64,000 nucleotides of DNA, taken from contig CAVYRP010000013.1 of the NCBI GenBank assembly GCA_963770945.1, positions 79,921 through 143,920 on the forward strand, read 5' to 3'. Position numbers and translations under genes: made by a program. Below the pieces are notes generated by a model that had not been told where the DNA came from, ran no database searches, and saw nothing but the letters and a program-made list of their open reading frames with translations. The stretch's first letter is position 1; each line of letters opens with the position of its first letter. Of this stretch, positions 38,619 through 49,198 are shown one piece after another. Origin of the DNA: an uncultured Bacteroidota bacterium (GTDB taxonomy: Bacteria > Bacteroidota > Ignavibacteria > UBA10030).

Positions 38619-38934
38619 GAAGACAATTACCTGTTAATTCGCAGTTAGATAATTGCACCGCTTTTCCTATACGATGCTCTTCAAACCAATAGATATAATA
38701 TTTCCGGGAATTTTCTCTTCGTTCTTAAATTCCCGACTGATAAATCAGTCTATCAAAAAATCTTCTTCTTTTAACACTGGTTTGATGATTGTGCTAAAAC
38801 TTTAAAATATTTTTGCGAATTTAGAAGCAGGAACAAAATACCTGTGGCTTAGAAAAAGTAAATGATGTAAAATCATCGGAAGGCGGCACTCATCATCTTT
38901 GCTGTATCGTATAATAAACGCGTCTACGATTGAT

Positions 38935-39357
38935 TTATAAATTTTTTGAATAGATCAGGAGATTGGATCGTTTCTCCCATCCAATATGATGGTAGAATTG
39001 AATTGCATCTTCGTTATCGCTATAAAGAAACAAATGACATTTTGCGATACGTTTACGGCTAAGTCTTTCAAGACAATGCGACATTAATTCTTTACCGAGC
39101 CCCTGATTCCTGAACTCCTGATCAACCGCTAAGTGGTATATATATCCCCGGCGCCCATCGTGACCGCAGAGAACCGTTCCGATGATTCTTTTCTCGATTT
39201 CATAAACGAAACTTAATCCCGGATTTCGTTCGAGAAACTGGCTGATATTTCTTTTTGAATCCGCATCACTTAATCCGATCCCGGGAGTATTTTTCCAAAG
39301 TACAATCATCTTTTCATAATCACCGACTATCATTTCACGAATAGAAGTATTGCCCAT
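38935..39357 (-). CDS. GNAT family N-acetyltransferase
   Basis: Start trimmed to MGNTSIREMIVGDY at 39357. Contains LAVDQEFRNQGLGKELM. Confidence 0.8.
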   Translation of the reverse strand: MGNTSIREMIVGDYEKMIVLWKNTPGIGLSDADSKRNISQFLERNPGLSFVYEIEKRIIGTVLCGHDGRRGYIYHLAVDQEFRNQGLGKELMSHCLERLSRKRIAKCHLFLYSDNEDAIQFYHHIGWEKRSNLLIYSKNL

Positions 39358-39373
39358 AGTAATTTTCTGCTGA

Positions 39374-40391
39374 TTAATAACTTTCTTCGGTAATTTCCAC
39401 TTTTCCACGAAATACATAATGGATAAGAATAGAATAAGCAAGCACAATCGGAACACCGATAAGTGCAATCACAAGCATTGTCTGCAATGTCAGCGTGCTT
39501 GAAGAAGCATTATAGATGGTCAGACTGTAATTGAGATCGATGGAAGACGGAACAAATCGCGGGTACAAACTCAATGCTATCTGACCGAGCATCATTGCTA
39601 TTATCAACGACGAGGTTAAAAAAGCGCGGTTGAATTTTCCGGCCTTCAACAAAACCGGCAAATAAACTATGGCGCATGCAAAAACAATCATTAATATATA
39701 GAAGAGTGGACTGCGGATAGATTTCTCAAACAAGAACGGCGATGCTAAGCCATGTCCAAATCGTCATAACGACATAAAGTATTATATAATCCATCCAAAG
39801 ATGCGATGCCCATTTTTGACACCGATCGCGCAGTTCTCCATCTGATTTAGTTGCAAGATATATTGATCCATGCATCGTAAAAAGGACAAGGCTTAACATT
39901 CCGACACAGATGGAATAAGGATTCAACAGGCCGAGAAATGTACCGAGATAATTGCCGCCTGCATCTATCGGAACTCCGCGGATAATATTTCCCAACGCAA
40001 TGCCAAAAAGAACTGCAGGCAGAAGACTACCCAAGCCAAATGCTAAATCCCAGGTCCGACGCCAGGCCGGCGATTCAACTTTATTACGGAATTCAAACGA
40101 TACAGCCCGAAAGATCAGTGCTACAAGAAGCAGCATCAGCGCGAGATAAAATCCGCTAAACACAGTTGCATACACAATCGGAAATGCTGCAAATAATGCA
40201 CCGCCGCCGGTTATAAGCCAGACTTCATTTCCATCCCACACCGGGCCAATAGCATTAAAATGAATGCGCCTTTCTTTCTCATTTCGTCCGAAAAGCGACA
40301 GAATACCGACACCAAAATCAAACCCGTCAAGAATTGCATAGCCGATAATCAATACGGCAATAAGCCAAAACCAAATTGAATTCAGATCCAT
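39374..40391 (-). CDS. cydB: cytochrome bd ubiquinol oxidase subunit II, frame broken once
   Basis: Starts MDLNSIWFWLIAVLIIGYAILDGFDFGVG, which is typical of CydB. The frames meet at about 39730 (net +1). Overlaps the cydA stop by 10 nt. Confidence 0.88.
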
Positions 40392-41724
40392 AGCGCTTTT
40401 CTTTTATACTTCGTTGATTGCGGCCCATGTTTCACTTCGCGTACTAAGATATAGATATATAATATACCGAGCAATAAATAGATAAGACCGAATAGAATAA
40501 TTGAAAATATAATTTCTTCAGCGGTGACAGATTGCAGAATAGGCATCGGATGTTCTTCAGCAAACCATAGACAATCCATGGTTGACGGCCGACTTCAGCA
40601 GAGATCCATCCAAGCTGACAAGCAGCAAGCGGCAGCGGGATAGACCAGATAAAAAGTCTCAGAAGCCATTTTGTTTCAAACAATTTTTTTCTGCGTAATT
40701 GGATGCATGCAAACAAAGTAATGCCGATGAAATACATTCCTAATACCACCATATTATGGAATGAAACAAAAGTGAGCCAGAGCGGCGGGATATTTTCAGG
40801 CGGAAATTCATTGATTCCTTTGATTTTTGCGTTGACATCTCCAAATGCCATCCAGCTTAGAAGTCCCGATATTTCAATCCTCGCCTTTAATTCCGGGGGT
40901 TTTACAAACGGCACTGCAAAGAAGACAAGCGGTGCGCCGGTCTGAGTCGTATAAAGCCCCTCGATTGCGGCAAACTTTTCCGGCTGTGTACGTGCGACCT
41001 GTTTTGCATGCTCATGTCCGGAAGGCATCAGCTCAAGCAATGAAGTAATAAATCCAAAAATAACCGCGATTTTCAATGCCCTTTTTGCAAGTTCAAGTTC
41101 TTTCTTTTTGATAATGAAATATGCAGATATTCCAGCCACGAAAAACGCCCCTGTAATCAATGCCGCGTCCAAGGTATGAAGGTAACGCAGCACTGTCGAC
41201 GGATTAAAGACAGCATCAAAAAAGCTGGTAAGTTCTGCCCTGTTATTTCTAAGAATATATCCCGCGGGTGTCTGCTGCCATGAATTGGCGGCAATAATCC
41301 AAAATGCCGAGATTGTTGCGCCTACAGCAACCATTAGAATCGAAAACCAATGAACGGCTTTTGAGACTTTTTTTCTTCCGAATAAATAAAGTCCGAGGAA
41401 AGCCGATTCGAGAAAAAATGCAAATATTCCTTCTGCTGCGAGCGGGGCCCCAAAAATATCACCGACAAATATTGAGTATGCCGCCCAGTTCATGCCAAAT
41501 TGAAATTCCATAACAATGCCGCTCGCTACACCGATTGCAAAAGTCAATGCGAGAAGTTTTCCGAAAAACTTACCCATGCGGACATATATTTCATCGCCCC
41601 TTCTCCAGCCAAGGCCTTCCATTATGACTAATAGCCAGGCTAATCCAATGGAGATCGGAGGAAAAAGAAAATGAAATCCGATGGTCAGCGCAAACTGAAG
41701 GCGTGAGAGAAAAAGGGCATCCAT
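40382..41724 (-). CDS. cydA: cytochrome bd ubiquinol oxidase subunit I, frame broken once
   Basis: Contains LSRLQFALTIGFHFLFPPISIGL and GWISAEVGRQPWIVYGLL. The break is near 40554 (net -1), after which SVTAEEIIFSIILFGLIYLLLG continues. Confidence 0.92.
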
Positions 41725-41823
41725 AAAAATACCTTAATTATTCATTGAAGATGTCTATGAACTCAATAAAGAAAATCAATCGTTCAACACATTCATTTTT
41801 CTGTTGAAAAATAGAAATTCAAA

Positions 41824-42333
41824 TCATAGAGCCGATGTTACCTGAACAAACTTTGAACCCTTTGCTCCGCAAATCGGGCACGCTTCCGGCGCTTTGCCAA
41901 ATTCGATATATCCGCATGTCGGGCAGAGGTAAAACTCCGTAACAGAAAGGTCCTGGCCTTTTTGAGCGGCTTCAAGTGCAAGAGTGTAAAGTTTTGCATG
42001 TACGGCTTCTGCGTCAACCGCATATTTAAACATCCGTTTCGCTTTGTGATTGTCCGTTTCTGCCTGTTTAAGCATCGGCGGATACATCTCGGTAAACTCG
42101 TACGTTTCGCCGGCAATTGCTGCTTTAAGATTCTCTACCGTGGATCCAATACCGTCAAGTGCCTGGAGATGCCCATTCGCATGAGTGCGTTCTGCCTGTG
42201 CCGTTGTGCGGAACAATCGGGCAATATTTTTCAATCCTTCCCGTTCTGCTTTTTCCGCAAATGCCGTATATTTTTGAAATGCCTGACTCTCACCTGCAAA
42301 CGCATCTTTAAGATTATCTTTCGTTGTTGTCAT
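41824..42333 (-). CDS. rubrerythrin
   Basis: Start trimmed to MTTTKDNLKDAFAGESQA at 42333. Has a diiron four-helix region (E..H motifs) plus a C-terminal rubredoxin-like CPTCGY...CPICGA. Confidence 0.9.
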   Translation of the reverse strand: MTTTKDNLKDAFAGESQAFQKYTAFAEKAEREGLKNIARLFRTTAQAERTHANGHLQALDGIGSTVENLKAAIAGETYEFTEMYPPMLKQAETDNHKAKRMFKYAVDAEAVHAKLYTLALEAAQKGQDLSVTEFYLCPTCGYIEFGKAPEACPICGAKGSKFVQVTSAL

Positions 42334-42457
42334 GATATTATCCTTTAGGATTAAAGAAATATTGAACCGTAAAAACAATTTGTTTTTGCTATCCAAAATA
42401 ACAGATTGTTTTTCAATTCGCAATTTTTGTTTATGTGCTGATAATAAAGATTTAGAA

Positions 42458-43135
42458 CTATTGCTTATGGAAAGAAATAATTTTGTATGCCGCTGCCGCT
42501 GCCCCGACACCGTTATCAATGTTTACGACCGTAACTCCCGGGGCACAGCTCGTAAGCATGGCAAACAGAGCAGTAAATCCGGAAAGCGCCGTGCCGTATC
42601 CTATACTGGTTGGAACAGCAATCAACGGCTGGGGATACAATCCTGCAACAACGCTGGGAAGGGCACCTTCCATGCCCGCGGCAATAATCAGCACGCCGCA
42701 GCTCTTAAGGCGATCATCTTTTGCAAACAAACGATGAATTCCTGCAACACCGACATCATACACGCGTTCCACGGAAATGCCGAGACTTTCCAGTACCATG
42801 GCAGCTTCCTCGCAGACGGCAATATCGGTCGTTCCGGCTGAAACAATGCCGACCTTTGCTGCGCTGACCGCTTTAAGAGGCTTGCCGATACGAAAACAAC
42901 GTGATTTTTGTGCAATGTTAATACCAGGAAATGCTTTCTTCAACTTAGAAAAGTAGTTCGCCGGACACCGTGTGCCAAGAACAAACTTTTGTTGTGCATA
43001 GAGTTCTCTTGCGATAACAATAATTTGTTCAATCGACTTATTCTCGCAGTATATTAATTCAGGAATTAATGTGCGCTGCCTCCGCGCATGATCTTCATTA
43101 AAACCATCATGATTATTGTGCAATTTTGATTTCAT
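42458..43135 (-). CDS. larB: LarB-like nickel-pincer cofactor biosynthesis protein (AIR-carboxylase-related)
   Basis: Contains VGIVSAGTTDIAVCEEAAMVLESLG...IAAGMEGALPSVVAGL...PLIAVPTSIGYG. It has an ATGA overlap with larE. Confidence 0.72.
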   Translation of the reverse strand: MKSKLHNNHDGFNEDHARRQRTLIPELIYCENKSIEQIIVIARELYAQQKFVLGTRCPANYFSKLKKAFPGINIAQKSRCFRIGKPLKAVSAAKVGIVSAGTTDIAVCEEAAMVLESLGISVERVYDVGVAGIHRLFAKDDRLKSCGVLIIAAGMEGALPSVVAGLYPQPLIAVPTSIGYGTALSGFTALFAMLTSCAPGVTVVNIDNGVGAAAAAYKIISFHKQ

Positions 43136-43941
43136 TCTTTCATAATCCCTTTGTTCAACTTTCCCGATTGGAATCCTTCCTCATCAATAATAATTTCAAC
43201 ATACCCTAATTGCTTCAAATGTGACTCAACTATATCATTCATCCTTTTCAACTTATCTATTGCCCATGCGTCTACTTCTATTTTTGCGGTTGTTTGATAA
43301 TGGCGGACGCGAACATTTGTAAATCCTTTTTCACGAATAAACTTTTCCGCACTTGCAATTTGTTCCAGGGCCTTCCGATCAATGTGTATTCCATAAGGTA
43401 TTCGGGATGAGAGACAAGGCGAAGCAGGCTTATCGGAATTCGGCAGATTATAGAACTTCGCGGCAGAGCGTACATCCTGTTTCGTCATTTTCGCTTCAAT
43501 TAAGGGGGAACGGATGTCAGATTCTTTTGCAGCTATTCGTCCCGGCCTGTAGTCGCTCGTATCATCGAGGTTTGCACCGTCTAAAATAAATGGAATATTC
43601 TCATCCTTTGCGAGATTTTTCAATCGCGAAAATAATTCCTTTCTGCAAAAATAACATCTGTTCACCGGATTGGATGCGTACTGATCTATCTCAAGTTCAT
43701 TATAAGAAATTTCCCTGTAATTAAACCGGTTTTCAAGTGCAATGCTTCTGGCTAATTCAACATCGTCCGATGTGATAGTCTCCATTCTCCCCAATATAAT
43801 TAGCGCATTTGTTCCAAGAATTTTGTTTGCAGCGTATGCAACGAGCGTGGAATCAACACCGCCTGAATATCCGACAATTACACGTCCATAACCGCGAATT
43901 ATCTCATCCAGTAGATGCATCTTGTCTGTCATACCTTCCAA
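43132..43941 (-). CDS. larE: LarE-like ATP-dependent sulfur transferase (PP-loop ATPase)
   Basis: Contains the PP-loop VGYSGGVDSTL and PASPCLSSRIPYG (the position of the sacrificial Cys of LarE). Confidence 0.72.
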   Translation of the reverse strand: MEGMTDKMHLLDEIIRGYGRVIVGYSGGVDSTLVAYAANKILGTNALIILGRMETITSDDVELARSIALENRFNYREISYNELEIDQYASNPVNRCYFCRKELFSRLKNLAKDENIPFILDGANLDDTSDYRPGRIAAKESDIRSPLIEAKMTKQDVRSAAKFYNLPNSDKPASPCLSSRIPYGIHIDRKALEQIASAEKFIREKGFTNVRVRHYQTTAKIEVDAWAIDKLKRMNDIVESHLKQLGYVEIIIDEEGFQSGKLNKGIMKE

Positions 43942-44245
43942 CTCTCTTTATACATTAAAATATCGACACATAATTTTCATTTATAACATAAAGAAGAAAG
44001 AGTTGGTTTCAAAGTACCGCATTTTTTAATTGTACAGATTTTCTACATTTACCTCGATAAATTTGTTTTATTAGACGGGATCGTCCATTATTGAAGAAAT
44101 TACAGGAGTAATCCGAAATTTCCATCTGTGGGTTGAACTTCAATCCGGTGGTAAAAAATAACGACAATTGTGATGGATATATTTATGGGAATATGTACAG
44201 GAAACTATAAAGAGAAAAATTTTCTTTAAATCATTTTGGATAGTC

Positions 44246-44286
44246 TTTCGAAAGCCTTCAATAACCGAATATGAAGGCTTTCGAAA
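44246..44286 (-). terminator. perfect 15-bp hairpin just downstream of the ABC permease gene
   Basis: The stem joins tttcgaaagccttca (44246..44260) to tgaaggctttcgaaa (44272..44286) with an 11-nt loop. No strong U-tract. Confidence 0.4.
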
Positions 44287-44295
44287 TATAATGAT

Positions 44296-45468
44296 CTACG
44301 CTGCGCGCAATGCATCAACAATCTTCAGTCGCGCAGCCCGGGCCGCGGGAAGAAATCCGCCGGCAATTCCCATAAAAAGCGAGAAAGACAGCGACCAGAC
44401 AACAATTGAAGGTGAAAGCGCGAAAGAAAACTGCAGTTCGGCAAACGAAGTGAAATTCAGCATGGAAAGCGAGAAGAACTGGAGGAACGATGCCAAAAAC
44501 AATCCTATTAAACCGCCGAGAAATGAAATTGCGATTGATTCCGACCAGAAATGCTGAAAGCACGCTGCGCCTTCGAAATCCCAGAGCTCGTAAAGTCCCT
44601 ACTTCTACTGTGCGGTTTGCAACAGCGGCATACATTGTTATCATAGCTCCGATAGTTGCACCGAACGAGAAAATCACGGTAATAAAGATTCCGAGAATAC
44701 GGATAAACAGTGACATATCTTCCGATTGTTCCTGGAAAAATTTCTGTTCAGTTTTAGGTTCAAACTGCTGCAGCCGTGGTTCATTATCGAATGCTGCTTT
44801 AAAAGCGCTGAACGAATTCGGATTATCGAGTTTGAGCGTCACCGTTGAGTAGCCGCCCTGCCTGTTAAATGCATCCTGTAATTGTTCATTGTCTCCCCAT
44901 AGTTCTGAATCGAATCCGCTTCCTCCGGCTTCAAAATAACCGACAACTGTCCATGCATCACCGCCAAATGTTATTGTATTGCCGAGATCTGCGCCAAGGA
45001 AATTCTTTCTAATGGATGATCCAACAATAACTTCACGTGCACCGGGTTGAAATAGTCGTCCTTCAACAATATGTACTTGCGGCCGCAATGCAAAAGCCTG
45101 CTGTGCAACTCCGCGGACAGTAATATTACTCAAACCGCCGGTGCGCTTATAAAGATTTACTACAACAACCGTTTCACCGCTTACAAGCTGTTTTCCGTCT
45201 GCTGACTTGGCGATGTTCGGAAGAGTCAGGACAGTGTTGTAATCGTCTCGCACGAACGATACTGGAGATTTCGCCGTTTGCAGATTTTCGTGCAATGATT
45301 ACATTATCAGGAGAACCGGTAGCGACAAGTGTTTTTTGTATTCCGTACGCCATCATCAAGTACTGCGGCAAAAACAAAAACAACCATGGCAATACCTGCT
45401 ACCGTAATTGCGGTTGTCAACTTACGCGATTTAAAATTTCTAAGAGTATATTTTAATGGAATCTTCAT
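44296..45468 (-). CDS. ABC transporter permease (FtsX/MacB-type), frame broken three times
   Basis: ATG at 45468 (MKIPLKYTLRNFKSRKLTTAITVAGIAMVVFVFAAVL). The protein continues in other frames as MMAYGIQKTLVATGSP, DDYNTVLTLPNIAKS, and the C-terminal FtsX helices ending KIVDALRAA. The breaks are near 45355, 45260 and 44500. All are net +1. Confidence 0.8.
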
Positions 45469-45507
45469 TTGTTAATCCTTTATCATAAACATAGGCTATC
45501 GAATTTT

Positions 45508-46668
45508 TCATCCTGCAAATCTAAGTCCATCCACAATTCTTGTGCGAAGCGCACGTTGAATCGGAAATATTGATGCGATAAGACCGATAAACAATGCTGC
45601 TCCTGCTGCAAGCATAAGCGTGGTTGGAGTAATAAAGAAGTACGGGAAAATTCCTTTCGGTATAACAGCTTCTATTCCGGCCACAATAGGATATGTCAAC
45701 AATACGCCGAGACCGGCACCAAGCGATGCAATAAGAAGCGACTCGCCGAGAATAAGTCCGATAAGATGCCCGGCCGAGAAACCGAGTGTTTTGAAGACTG
45801 CATACTCACGCGTTCGCTCGCGAGCCGACATAATCATAGTGTTGCCGAGCACCAGCATTATAATGCCGATAATGACGAACGAAACAAAATTCATTGCCAT
45901 AAGAAGAGAATTCAGTCCGGAAATAAAATTTTGTGTAAATGCCCGTTCAGTTTCCGTTTTAGTTGCGTTGGACGAATTTTGAAACAATGCATCAATCTCT
46001 TCGGAAATGATGGCTGCCTGCGATGGATCTTTAATCTTAACAATATACCATCCGACCTGTCCTGTGCGGCCGGGCATATCCTGTTTCATTCGTTCATCTA
46101 AGCTTGTCCAATGGAAAACCATTTGTGTGACATCCGTTGCTTTATCGCGCGGCTGATAAATACCGCGGACAACATATTCCCAATGTCCCGGATAAATATC
46201 TCCTTCAAGAGGAATGACATCGCCGATTTTAAATCCAAATTGTTTGGCAATTCCGGAACCGACTATACAGGAATTACGTTCTTGTTTAAAGGTTGCCAAT
46301 TCTTCAGGGCTAATTTGTAATTCCGGATATACGGAAAAATATGTTTCCGGATCTACAGCCATGCGGGAAAAGAAATTTTTTTTATCGATATACACTCCTC
46401 CAAACCAATTTGCGTAGGAAATGCTTTCGACACCGGGAACTTTTTCTATTTTTAATTTATACGCATAGGGAAGCGGGAAAATGAATGAAACCGATTGGCG
46501 GATAATAAGACGATCTACCGCTGCGGCGTTAACACCCTCGTTCCACATATCAACTACAGTCCTTAAAACTCCAAATGCTATAACCGCAATTGCCAGGCCG
46601 ATGATAGTCAGAAATGTACGCAGTTTATGCCGGAGCGCATTTTTAAATATGAGTTTGAATACTTTCAT
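45508..46668 (-). CDS. ABC transporter permease (FtsX/MacB-type), intact
   Basis: 386 aa. Has an N-terminal TM, a periplasmic MacB-like domain and C-terminal FtsX helices (REYAVFKTLGFSAGHL). Confidence 0.85.
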   Translation of the reverse strand: MKVFKLIFKNALRHKLRTFLTIIGLAIAVIAFGVLRTVVDMWNEGVNAAAVDRLIIRQSVSFIFPLPYAYKLKIEKVPGVESISYANWFGGVYIDKKNFFSRMAVDPETYFSVYPELQISPEELATFKQERNSCIVGSGIAKQFGFKIGDVIPLEGDIYPGHWEYVVRGIYQPRDKATDVTQMVFHWTSLDERMKQDMPGRTGQVGWYIVKIKDPSQAAIISEEIDALFQNSSNATKTETERAFTQNFISGLNSLLMAMNFVSFVIIGIIMLVLGNTMIMSARERTREYAVFKTLGFSAGHLIGLILGESLLIASLGAGLGVLLTYPIVAGIEAVIPKGIFPYFFITPTTLMLAAGAALFIGLIASIFPIQRALRTRIVDGLRFAG

Positions 46669-46677
46669 GATGCTCTC

Positions 46678-47352
46678 CTATGATAATTCGCCTTTATCGA
46701 GATGATGGACGACCTTTGCTTTTTCGGCGGCACGCGGATCATGCGTAACCATCACAATTGTTTTTTTAAATTCCTTATTTAGCCGTTCGAGTAAAACCAT
46801 TATCTCTTCAGCAGAACGCTTATCCAAATCGCCGGTAGGTTCATCTGCCACAAGAAGAGTCGGATCGGTAACGATTGCACGTGCTATTGCCACACGCTGC
46901 TCCTGACCGCCAGAAAGTTGTTTAGGATAGTGATGAACGCGATCGCCAAGTCCCACAACATCAAGCGAAAGCTCCACATGTTTTTTCCGCTCTGCTTTTG
47001 AAAGTGATGTGAGCAGAAGCGGGAGTTCGACATTTTCGAATGCAGTGAGAACAGGCAGCAGATTGTAAAATTGAAATACAAAACCGACATTATGCGAACG
47101 CCATTTTGCTAAATCGGATTCGTTTAATTTGGAAATATCCGTTCCAGCTACAATTACATCGCCTTTACTAGGCCGATCAATACCGGCGATTAGATTTAAT
47201 AATGTTGTTTTACCGGAACCGGACGGTCCCATAAGTCCTAAAAATTCACCCTCCTGAACATCGATAGAAATATCATTTAGAACGGGGACTTCAATACTAT
47301 CCCGCCAATAGGATTTGGATACACTTTGAACCTGGATTATTGGATTTGACAT
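46678..47352 (-). CDS. ABC transporter ATP-binding protein (MacB/LolD-like)
   Basis: Contains Walker [10 protein letters not shown], signature LSGGQEQR and Walker [13 protein letters not shown]. Confidence 0.92.
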   Translation of the reverse strand: MSNPIIQVQSVSKSYWRDSIEVPVLNDISIDVQEGEFLGLMGPSGSGKTTLLNLIAGIDRPSKGDVIVAGTDISKLNESDLAKWRSHNVGFVFQFYNLLPVLTAFENVELPLLLTSLSKAERKKHVELSLDVVGLGDRVHHYPKQLSGGQEQRVAIARAIVTDPTLLVADEPTGDLDKRSAEEIMVLLERLNKEFKKTIVMVTHDPRAAEKAKVVHHLDKGELS

Positions 47353-47387
47353 TTTTATTTTATCCTTGAATTATTATCTTGAAATTT

Positions 47388-48575
47388 TCAGAGAACTTTT
47401 ACTTTCACTCCATCATTTATTGCGTCATCAACTTTATCAATCACTTTTTCTCCGGAAGTAAGACCGCTTAGAATTTCAACCCTTGTTCCCATTGTTCGAC
47501 CGACAGTAACTATTACGGAATTTGCTTTATTATCAGTAACACGATATACAATTTTTTTTCCGTCACGTTCAACAATAGCAGATGCTGGAAGAGTCAGGCT
47601 CGGTTTTTCTGTATTCGCAGCAGCATCGGATGCCTTTGTTAAATACAGCACTTTTGCTCCCATTTCAGGTAATACACGGTTGTCGTATGTTTTAAATGCA
47701 ACTTTTACCATTACAGTTGCTTTTGCACGATCTGCTGTCGGAACAATTTTTGCCACATATCCTTGATATCGAATTTGAGGATATGCATCGAGTGTAATCT
47801 CGCATGGCTGATCGGGCTTGATGTGTTCAATATTGGATTCGGACACATCGGCTTCCACTTGCAGCGATGTCATATCGGCAATTGTTACAACAGCCGATTT
47901 CGAGCCGACACTTGCCGCCATGGGAACTACCATTTCTCCGATGTCTGCGTTCTTGGCTAAAACGGTTCCATCGAATGGTGCGCGAATAAGGGTATTCTCC
48001 AGCGATACCTCTGCGGATGTCAGCATTGCTTTTGCAACTTCGATACCGGCAAGAACACGCTGCAAGCGGGCATCTGCAGCATCATATTCAGATTGATTCG
48101 CAAGTCCTTTTTCCAGCAATGATTTCTGACGCAATAGAGATTGCTGAGCATCTTTGAGATCCGCTTCGTTCAATCTGAGATTCGCCTTCGCTTGTTCCAG
48201 TGAAGCACGCATATCGGAATCTTCGAGACGTGCAATAATTTGATTTTTCTTTACACGATCTCCTTCTACCACACCAAGATACACGAGCCGTCCGGTTCCT
48301 TTTGAAGCAACCGCAGCTTTTCGCTGTGCAACGACATATCCGCTGGCGGTAAGTACGGCATTCGATTGTGATGGAGATGTCCAGGAAACTGTCGTTAATG
48401 TTACTTCTATTGCAGGTGTAAACAATGATTGATAGAGAAAGAATCCGGCTATTCCGAGAACAATTATAGTTACGGCAATGCCGATATATGTGCCTGTTTT
48501 TTTGGGAGGACCGTCCTGCTGGTCCTTATTCCTGCTGATACGAAGTGCCGAAAGGTCTATATTCTTGTTTTCCAT
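47388..48575 (-). CDS. efflux periplasmic adaptor (HlyD/MFP family)
   Basis: Start trimmed to MENKNIDLSALRISR at 48575. Has a TM anchor, a coiled-coil hairpin region and a beta-barrel C-terminus. Confidence 0.8.
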   Translation of the reverse strand: MENKNIDLSALRISRNKDQQDGPPKKTGTYIGIAVTIIVLGIAGFFLYQSLFTPAIEVTLTTVSWTSPSQSNAVLTASGYVVAQRKAAVASKGTGRLVYLGVVEGDRVKKNQIIARLEDSDMRASLEQAKANLRLNEADLKDAQQSLLRQKSLLEKGLANQSEYDAADARLQRVLAGIEVAKAMLTSAEVSLENTLIRAPFDGTVLAKNADIGEMVVPMAASVGSKSAVVTIADMTSLQVEADVSESNIEHIKPDQPCEITLDAYPQIRYQGYVAKIVPTADRAKATVMVKVAFKTYDNRVLPEMGAKVLYLTKASDAAANTEKPSLTLPASAIVERDGKKIVYRVTDNKANSVIVTVGRTMGTRVEILSGLTSGEKVIDKVDDAINDGVKVKVL

Positions 48576-49045
48576 AAATTTTGATTGTTTTGAATGTCTA
48601 AAAAGATTAGTGTTTATGAAACGAGAAATTTGAACTAAAAGTTGCAAAATTAGATCATAAATAGTTTTCAATAACCTGATTGAACATACAATAGTTTCAT
48701 TTGAAAAGGTATGGATAATTCGGTAAATAAAGGGTGTATATCGGCAAATGGAGGTTAACTCTAATATTGTTATGTCTGGTATGTCTTCTTTTATTTCATT
48801 GTTGCGTTTTTCTTGATATTGAATAACATATATGATAAACTTTTAAGAAAGTTAAAGGGAACTAATACCCCCCAAAAAACACTTATCTCTTAATAAGGAG
48901 AATTAGCAATTGACATTTTATCAGAATCTCTATCTATTCAATAATAAATATGGCTAAATAACGCTTTTATTAGAAATAGCAGAATGTTTCATTCTCAAAA
49001 AGAATATGAATTAACCATAAATATTTTACTAAAAGGGCTTGATTG

Positions 49046-49091
49046 CATTACTTATTTATGTTATTTTATACTATTACATAAATAAGTAATG
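49046..49091. promoter_or_regulatory. perfect 16-bp inverted repeat upstream of glnN
   Basis: The arms are cattacttatttatgt (49046..49061) and acataaataagtaatg (49076..49091), separated by 14 nt. The repeat lies about 90-135 nt upstream of the glnN start region. Confidence 0.4.
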
Positions 49092-49198
49092 TTGATTATA
49101 GTAGTTGTTATCAACCCGAGAGAGGCGATATTATTTAAACGTATACGTAAGTGATATTCATACTATAGGAGATTCATCAATTATGGAAACAGGAATCA

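Noticed and set aside
41824-42519. Long N-terminal extensions in the tracked ORFs of rubrerythrin (to 42519), GrpB (to 6716), the GNAT (to 39468), the OMP (to 5762), the MFP adaptor (to 48671) and the STAS protein (from 26123).
   Set aside because: The extensions overlap upstream genes or repeats and lack homology-like sequence. Internal ATGs give family-typical N-termini (for example MTTTKDNLKDAFAGESQA), so I trimmed the coordinates.
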